64,000 bases of DNA from a virus: the IMG/VR virus record IMGVR_UViG_3300031539_000002; one strand, written 5' to 3'. The notes beneath the pieces are model-generated. The model saw only the letters and a list, made by a program, of their open reading frames with translations. It was not told the DNA's origin and did no database searches. Positions 35,568-41,938 of the stretch are shown piece by piece. Position numbers and translations under genes: made by a program. Numbering within the stretch: the first letter of the stretch is position 1; every line of letters begins with the position of its first letter.

Positions 35568-38003
35568 ATGGCCTTGACCCCCGCACAGCGAGAACTCGTC
35601 AGGATTGCTGCCCGGACTTCGGACCCCGAGCGGCGTCGGGGACTGTTGATGCGTCTTGTGGATGCCCTTCCGAGAACCCCTCTTGTCCGTGGGGCTGGGG
35701 AAAAGGTGCTTGCTCGGAGTCTGGACCAGTTCTCGCGCGGCGGTGAGGTGCCCATGACCCCATTTGCCAAGCGAATGGTCCGTCTCGCTTACGCGACGAC
35801 AGACAAAGTGCTTCGCCAAGGGATCCTCGAGTCGGTTCGCGTTGCGGCTTACCCGAAGGAGTTTCTGGAGGCGGTCAAGCAACAGAAATTCCGCAACCCA
35901 GTCACAAACAATCAAGTGAAGTTCGTCTCTCTGCCTGGCACGATGCAGACGCAGATCTACGAGCAGTGGAGGCAAAAGAACCAGCCCCCTACTGGTCTTG
36001 AGAATGTGCAGGTGCCTCAGGAGGTCCTGACGGAGGCCCGTGAAACTATTTACGGTCACCTGCCGCAAGCTGTCTCGTCTATGGAAGAGGCGATGAAGCT
36101 GCAGGAGCAGGGCAAACCTTGGCGCACCACGATGATTGCGAAGGGGGCGAAGGGGGGCATGAAGTTCTGGGAGGCGTCGAGCGACGGGAAGACGATTCTG
36201 GCGCGGTGGGGCCCCATGGGGCCCGCGGGCGACTGGAAACAGAGCAAGGAGATGAAGAGCGTCAAGGACGCTTTCAAACGGCGCGACTCCAAAGAGAAAA
36301 AGGGCTACATGAGCGCCGGCTTCAACATCGCCATGGCGGTTACGGACGGCCCAGTTGGGCTGACGACGGACGGTGTGTGGGCTCAGCTCGAAGAGAAATT
36401 CGGCAGCGATCCTGAAAAAATGGGGCAGGCGGTCAAAGGTGCTTTGGCCAGCCTCACGCAGCTCGATGCCTGGAATCCCGGTGGCTGGGACTCCGTGCAT
36501 GACACGGCGAACGGGCTCGTGCAGAAGTGGAAAGAGCACCAAGCCGGGGCCGACTCTTCGACCGCAGAGGTCCTGAAGGAAGCCCCCAAGCCGAAGAAGG
36601 ACAAGCCGAAGCCGAAGAAAACGAAGGCCCCTGAGATGGTCGACATGACGGCCGACGTCATGGATTTTCTCAAGCAGATGGGGACCAGTCCCTCGAAACT
36701 GCCGGATCTCGACAGCGGGCTCGTCTCGTTGGTGTCCGAGTGGGAAGGTTCCGATGCAGATTTCGACAAAATCGACGAGCTCGGGAAAGAGGTCTTCGGC
36801 AACAACTTCGATGACACTCGGCGCGTTGAAATGATGCGTGCTGTTGCGGATGGTCTTGAGAATCAGGTGAAGCAGGCGGAGGCCGAAGGTAACAAGGAGC
36901 ACGCGGCGAATCTCGAGGAGATGATCGGCATCGCTCGCAAGAGAGCCGACTTCCTTGAGCATGATGTCAAGACGAAGAAGAAGAAGAAGAAGACCCAGGC
37001 CCCTCCGATGGTTGACATGACGGGCGACGTCATGGAGAAACTCAAGCAGATTGGCGAGGAGTTCGACGAGAAAGGTGAGGCGGCTAAGAAGAAGCTGGAA
37101 AAGGCCAAGGCCAAGCCCAAGCCGAAGAAAACCGAAGCACCGAAGCCTGAGAAGACCGAGGCCCCCAAGGGCAAGCACAAGGATCGCAAAGAACTTCGTG
37201 CCAAGCCGAAAAAGAAGATGGCTGATTCGGTCAAAGTCAGTGATGAGCTCTCAGGGATTCTGATTCCCGACAGCATGAGCGATGCGAAGAAGGCTCAGGC
37301 CAAGCAACAGCTCAAATCCGCGAACTTCCAACTCCTCTCAACCCTTCGGGAAAACGCCCAACACGCTCTGGACAGCCCTGGGGGTGCCTATGCCAAGGCC
37401 CTCAAGAAGGCCGGTTACACCCCGGAGGGCATCCGAGACATGCACACGGCCCTGTCCAAGGCCCTCGTGCCCGCGCTCGGCAAGAAATACCACCCCGACG
37501 TGCTCCAGGTTGCCAACCTGCACGACCTTGAGTCGGAAGATGCTGACCAACTCGCAGCTTTCAAGGGCGACAAGCCTGCTCGAGGCAAGAAACTCACGCC
37601 ACAAGAACTGTTCAACAAGTTCATGGCGAAAGCCAAGCCGGAGACGAAGGAGCGCATGCAGGGTATGCCTCTCAACGATTTCATGGCCATGTACGCCGCG
37701 ATCATGTCCGAGGAAGACGAAGGGTTTGACGCTCCGGGCAAGACAGCCGGCCGTCTCCCACAAGAACCTCACAGCGTCGTCCAAGATGCGTTCGAGGAAG
37801 GCGTCCTTGCGATGGATGACACCGTGAACGACATCCTTGCAGGTGAGGATGAAGACGCTGGCGGCATCACCATCTTCGACTCCCCCGAAGAGGCGAGGAC
37901 AGCGAAGTTGTCCGATGAGGATCGACAAATCGTCCGGCTGGCCCACTCCACGGGCAATGTGAATCTTCGGCGACGCCTGCTCGCCATGTTCCGAGCTTCG
38001 TAA
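35568..38003 (+). CDS. Large modular protein with a WGR-like domain
   Basis: KFWEAS…ARWGPMG…KEKKGY; NPVTNNQVKFVSLP module; three hairpins; shared C-terminal domain. Confidence 0.8.
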   Translation: MALTPAQRELVRIAARTSDPERRRGLLMRLVDALPRTPLVRGAGEKVLARSLDQFSRGGEVPMTPFAKRMVRLAYATTDKVLRQGILESVRVAAYPKEFLEAVKQQKFRNPVTNNQVKFVSLPGTMQTQIYEQWRQKNQPPTGLENVQVPQEVLTEARETIYGHLPQAVSSMEEAMKLQEQGKPWRTTMIAKGAKGGMKFWEASSDGKTILARWGPMGPAGDWKQSKEMKSVKDAFKRRDSKEKKGYMSAGFNIAMAVTDGPVGLTTDGVWAQLEEKFGSDPEKMGQAVKGALASLTQLDAWNPGGWDSVHDTANGLVQKWKEHQAGADSSTAEVLKEAPKPKKDKPKPKKTKAPEMVDMTADVMDFLKQMGTSPSKLPDLDSGLVSLVSEWEGSDADFDKIDELGKEVFGNNFDDTRRVEMMRAVADGLENQVKQAEAEGNKEHAANLEEMIGIARKRADFLEHDVKTKKKKKKTQAPPMVDMTGDVMEKLKQIGEEFDEKGEAAKKKLEKAKAKPKPKKTEAPKPEKTEAPKGKHKDRKELRAKPKKKMADSVKVSDELSGILIPDSMSDAKKAQAKQQLKSANFQLLSTLRENAQHALDSPGGAYAKALKKAGYTPEGIRDMHTALSKALVPALGKKYHPDVLQVANLHDLESEDADQLAAFKGDKPARGKKLTPQELFNKFMAKAKPETKERMQGMPLNDFMAMYAAIMSEEDEGFDAPGKTAGRLPQEPHSVVQDAFEEGVLAMDDTVNDILAGEDEDAGGITIFDSPEEARTAKLSDEDRQIVRLAHSTGNVNLRRRLLAMFRAS

Positions 38004-38005
38004 AA

Positions 38006-38188
38006 ATGCGACTGCGAGGAGACATCGAGCTCCACCTCGGGATCGACCGCAGGTGGTACGTCGTCGAGCGCCGAACCTTCAATCCAGAGGGCCGGATCAT
38101 CGGGCGCCCCGAGGGCTACAGCTCCCATCATGAAGCCAGACGGTGGAGAACCCTGTACCGCGCTGTCCGCGAACTCCAAGTCGCCTAG
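38006..38188 (+). CDS. Small hypothetical protein
   Basis: 60-aa ORF starting 2 nt after the upstream stop. Confidence 0.5.
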   Translation: MRLRGDIELHLGIDRRWYVVERRTFNPEGRIIGRPEGYSSHHEARRWRTLYRAVRELQVA

Positions 38189-38211
38189 GGAGAGTAAAAC
38201 CTCTGCTAGGG

Positions 38212-38790
38212 ATGATTTCTCGACCTGAAAACCTCCAAGAGCGGTTCATCCGAGTTTCTAGGGAGCAAAAAGCTACCTTGGTAGTGTCTCCTGACGACTT
38301 CCGAACTGACGACCAGGGCATCTACGAACAGGTAGGGGACATGGGACTCATTGGCTGGAGCATGGCTACACGCGTGTTTCAGGAGCTTTTGCCGACCGTG
38401 GATGAGGTCCGGGTCCTCGCGGGGGCGCCCGGTTCTGGCAAGACTACGTGGCTCGAGCAGCATGGTGTTGCCGGTGTTCTCTACTTCGACAGCACGGGAA
38501 GCGCGAGGAAGAGCCGACGAGAACTGTGCAGGATGGCGGCCGACGCCGGCAGGGAGATCTCTTGCGTGTTCCTCGACGTGGAGCTCGCGGTGTGCCTTGC
38601 GCGCAACGCCACTCGACCTGAGCATCGACGTGTGCCTGAGGAGGTCCTCCGCGGTATCCACCACAGGCTTGCTGAGTGCCCTCCAGACGTGGATGAAGGG
38701 TGGCATCGCGTGCTCAGGGTGGGGGCCGACCCGAGGGCTCTCGGGGGCCTCTGCGGCCGCGTGCTTGACAGCCCGGGTGACGACCCCTAG
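38212..38790 (+). CDS. P-loop kinase (polynucleotide-kinase/AAA_33-like)
   Basis: LAGAPGSGKTTW, FDST, CLARNATR…RVPEEV; start uncertain. Confidence 0.75.
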   Translation: MISRPENLQERFIRVSREQKATLVVSPDDFRTDDQGIYEQVGDMGLIGWSMATRVFQELLPTVDEVRVLAGAPGSGKTTWLEQHGVAGVLYFDSTGSARKSRRELCRMAADAGREISCVFLDVELAVCLARNATRPEHRRVPEEVLRGIHHRLAECPPDVDEGWHRVLRVGADPRALGGLCGRVLDSPGDDP

Positions 38791-38793
38791 CCT
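38765..38793 (+). promoter_or_regulatory. sigma70-type promoter
   Basis: TTGACA(38765-70)-N17-TAGCCT(38788-93). Confidence 0.65.
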
Positions 38794-38798
38794 CGTTC

Positions 38799-39270
38799 GG
38801 CTGTCTTCCCTCCGTCCTCGACGGAGGCGAACCCCGCAGGTGGGGAGACCATACGCAAGATGGTCAACCCTGGGGTCGAGCGGAACGCTCGGGCGCGCCT
38901 AACGCTGGGCATCCAGGTCTCCCGACGAAAACCTCGACGGGGACTCTCAGTATCGACGCGCTCGTAGTGGGGAAGCTGGGGAAACCCAGGAGGGACAACG
39001 AAGCCTCCAAGACAGCCCCTCAATGCCGCCTACGCAAGAGGCCAACAGGCGAGGGAAAAGGTTGCACGCGAACGGGCTGATCCTAGCCACGCAGGGTCTT
39101 CGGGATGACTCGACTTCAACACACAGCACAGCAAACAGGACGGGACCAACAGGTCTTGTCCTCCGTGTCGTTGTCGGGACACTCCTCCGTTTTCTATTCG
39201 CTCCGACGAGAGAGCCTGAACCCTGAGTCTGCTTCCCTGGATGGAAACAGCTCAGGGTTTCTCTCGTCGC
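38799..39270 (+). ncRNA. Candidate large structured non-coding RNA of unknown class
   Basis: Nested helices found by eye, GNRA loops, G-U pairs favouring the plus strand, 5' helix beginning at the predicted +1; no credible ORF. Confidence 0.6.
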
Positions 39271-39560
39271 CCCTCTCCCGGGGTTAAGAGTTAAGAGAAT
39301 AGAGATGGTTGTTTGAAGTAGTAGTCCAACAAATCAAAATCCAAATCCTCCTTCAGCTTCTGATCCAGATCCTCATCATCCTCGTCATCCAACTACTACC
39401 AACCGACAATCGAAGAAGACTCCGGGTTTCCGTCTTGGAAACCTCCTAAACGGGGTCAAAACACTACCTGGGGGCAGTTTCCCTGTTTGCTGGGAAGTCA
39501 GACCCTGTTTGAGATCTTTCTTGAGCCGGTGCTTCGCCTATGGGGAGACCTGTTTGAAGG

Positions 39561-39971
39561 ATGTCCGACAAACGCAGAGCAAGGCAGGGGAGTAAGGGAG
39601 GCAACTTCACCCCCACGCAGGCGAAAAAGCTCCTTGCGCTGCCGGTTTACGCAGTGCTGCGAGGTCAGGCTGTCCCTATTTTTCCGGGAACCTCCCTGGC
39701 TGCACCTTCGGGCCTGGTGGGGATCTTCATGAAACCGGGCAGCTCCTGTCGAGGGCTGCCCGGAGGGAGGGGCATAGTTCTCCCTGTTTGGTTGAACGAC
39801 CGACAGTGGGAGCGCGCTGTCCTGCCTGTTCTCCAAGACCCCCGGTGGTCAAACAGCAACCCGACCTTCGTTCAAACCGCTTCGGTCAACTTCCCCTCTG
39901 TGGTGGACATGATCGGCAACGAGCTCGCGGCTAGTTTCCACGCTGCGGGCTACGGGCCCTTGCCGACGTAG
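39561..39971 (+). CDS. Hypothetical protein
   Basis: 136-aa ORF; a partial copy of the CTAT motif lies upstream. Confidence 0.6.
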   Translation: MSDKRRARQGSKGGNFTPTQAKKLLALPVYAVLRGQAVPIFPGTSLAAPSGLVGIFMKPGSSCRGLPGGRGIVLPVWLNDRQWERAVLPVLQDPRWSNSNPTFVQTASVNFPSVVDMIGNELAASFHAAGYGPLPT

Positions 39972-39980
39972 AGTGACAAG

Positions 39981-40187
39981 ATGCCGAGCAATGTGAAGCC
40001 ACCATCGAAGCAGCCCACCGGAATCGTGCGCCCTGAGGACGAGATCGTGTGGACGAAGTGTCGCGGTTCTTCAAAGTGCGAAGGCAATCGCGCGCAGGTG
40101 CTTTTGAAGAAAAACGAAGGCCTTCGTGGAACTTGGATTCAGTACGTCTGCATGACGTGCAAGCGCACCTTTTCCATTCACTTGTAG
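39981..40187 (+). CDS. Small zinc-ribbon protein
   Basis: CRGSSKC…CMTC. Confidence 0.65.
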   Translation: MPSNVKPPSKQPTGIVRPEDEIVWTKCRGSSKCEGNRAQVLLKKNEGLRGTWIQYVCMTCKRTFSIHL

Positions 40188-40201
40188 GGCGTATAAGGGA
40201 G

Positions 40202-40804
40202 GTGCCCCCGTACTCGTCCGCGATTCTCTTCCATGGACCCGGTGCCCGTGCTGCTGCCATGCGGGCTGCCAGCGGCCTCGGAAGGCTGCTTCATTCCCCT
40301 TTTGGGGAGGCTGGGCTCAAGATTGCGGAGAGCCGAGAGATCATCAGCATCATGAACAACACCCCGGTCGGCGACCGTGCGGGTGTCCTCGTGATCGGAC
40401 CTGTGGATCGAGCGGCCCCGGCCTCCACGGATGTTCTCCTCAAAAGCATCGAGGAGTTCAACCCCAACATCGTGCGCCCTGTCCTGTGGGCCCATGACGA
40501 GACCGAGGTGAGTTCCACGATTCGCTCAAGATGCCTGCGACGATGGTGTCCTGGTGAGCGACTCGTGGATGAGGATGTGATGGAGGCCGCGCGACAGCTC
40601 GTCTCCGAGAGTTTGGGTGGGCACCGGGCGTCCGTAGTGGAACTCCTGAACGATCGAGACCCTCGAGATATCCTGGTCGGCGCTGCACAAGCTCTCCATG
40701 AGCGCGGGATCGACAAAGAGACCCAATACCTTTGGGAAGGCGTCCGTGCGGCGCTTCGTTTTCGCAACCCGACCGAGACGGAAGCTCTCTCGGCGTTCTT
40801 GTAG
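40202..40804 (+). CDS. Clamp-loader delta-prime-like subunit (shortened HolB)
   Basis: ILFHGP, LLKSIEE, TIRSRC; GTG 40202 with AGGGAG upstream. Confidence 0.7.
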   Translation: MPPYSSAILFHGPGARAAAMRAASGLGRLLHSPFGEAGLKIAESREIISIMNNTPVGDRAGVLVIGPVDRAAPASTDVLLKSIEEFNPNIVRPVLWAHDETEVSSTIRSRCLRRWCPGERLVDEDVMEAARQLVSESLGGHRASVVELLNDRDPRDILVGAAQALHERGIDKETQYLWEGVRAALRFRNPTETEALSAFL

Positions 40805-40806
40805 CC

Positions 40807-41817
40807 ATGAGTCAGTGGAGTAGCCCACCTCCCGTGGTGGTCTTGTCGGGGGACGAGGAGTTTTTGCGAGTGCGAGAACTCCGCGAAGCCATTGCTGTGG
40901 CGGATGAGGCAGGGCGCTCCGTCGAGTACGTCAATGGTGACGATCGAGAAGAACTGTCGCGAGTGCTCTCGAGCGCGGGGATCTTTTTCCAAGATGACAT
41001 CTTGGTGGTCATCGAAAACCCTGAGAACGTGGATGACGGTCTTGTTCTTCGTCACCATGAAGCTGGCAACAGCAGTGTTGTCATCCTTCTCTCGCAGAAG
41101 GGAGCCATCAAAAAGAAGTCGAATTTGTCGAAGATAGCTGCGGGGCTTCCGAAGAACCTCGTGGCCAATTTCGAGAAGCCGAAACCGTGGGACGAAGCTG
41201 ATCGAGCTGTGCAGTTTTGCGTGTCTGAGGCACGCAAACGCGGCGTAGGGCTTGAAGACAAGTTCGCAGACGCACTCGTGAAAAACGTAGGTCTCGACCT
41301 TGGAATTCTCACCTTCGAGATCGACAAGCTCGCACGCTACACAAAGATCGAAGGAGCGCGGGACGTAGGTGTGATGCACCTCAAGGCCACCATTGGCGCG
41401 TTCTCCGAATTGGGCCCAAAGCCCGTTGTGGAGGCCCTGGAGCGCTTCGACGCGAAGGGCGTGTCCAACGCATTGGCAAACATGCGACGAACTCATGCGG
41501 GAGCGCTTGGCGGCGCAACACTGCGAGCATGTGCGTTCGTGAGCAGGTCAGCTACGAAGTGGCTGCACATTGCAGCCCTTCTCAACGAAGGTGCAAGTCA
41601 GGATGAAATCGCCTCGCGAACTGGTTTGCATCCCTTTGTGCTCCGCAAAACCCTCCTTCCCGTTGCAAAACGGTGGGGCGAGGGAAGGTTAGTGACCCTT
41701 CTAAAGTCGTTGGCCCGCGTAGAGCGGTCTGTAAGGAGCGGTCATCTTAATTCTTGGGTCCAGCTTGAGTGTGCTTTGCTGGACTCGTTCACCGTCGAGG
41801 CGTCTCGTGTCGGGTAA
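40807..41817 (+). CDS. holA: Clamp-loader delta-like subunit (HolA)
   Basis: VVLSGDEEFL, VGLDLGILTFEIDKLARY, GLHPFVLRK, ERSVRSG…LE. Confidence 0.75.
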   Translation: MSQWSSPPPVVVLSGDEEFLRVRELREAIAVADEAGRSVEYVNGDDREELSRVLSSAGIFFQDDILVVIENPENVDDGLVLRHHEAGNSSVVILLSQKGAIKKKSNLSKIAAGLPKNLVANFEKPKPWDEADRAVQFCVSEARKRGVGLEDKFADALVKNVGLDLGILTFEIDKLARYTKIEGARDVGVMHLKATIGAFSELGPKPVVEALERFDAKGVSNALANMRRTHAGALGGATLRACAFVSRSATKWLHIAALLNEGASQDEIASRTGLHPFVLRKTLLPVAKRWGEGRLVTLLKSLARVERSVRSGHLNSWVQLECALLDSFTVEASRVG

Positions 41818-41938
41818 GATCAAATCCCGTCCCGGTAGGTGGCCTATACGACGACCACCTATGCGCGCTGCGTCGAAACGACCACACGCCGCCTTCTCGT
41901 AGACAATCGAACCCCGCAAGGACAGGTCGAGGCACCTC

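Noticed and set aside
32830-37178. Long antisense ORFs (669 aa and 642 aa) and similar shadows elsewhere
   Set aside because: Expected reverse-frame shadows of GC-rich, Lys/Glu-rich genes; no recognisable motifs
39074-39120. GGGCTGATCC…TCGAC resembling a tmRNA 5' end
   Set aside because: No matching acceptor stem, T-arm or CCA 3' end, and no tag ORF found
39316-39330. AAGTAGTAGTCC resembling the group I intron S element
   Set aside because: No convincing R/P7 partner and no interrupted gene on either side
39290-39392. Minus-strand acidic mini-ORF (LDDEDDEDLDQKLKEDLDFDLLDYYFKQPSLFS)
   Set aside because: Only a TTG start directly after two in-frame TAG stops and no SD; more likely a by-product of the GGA-rich tract
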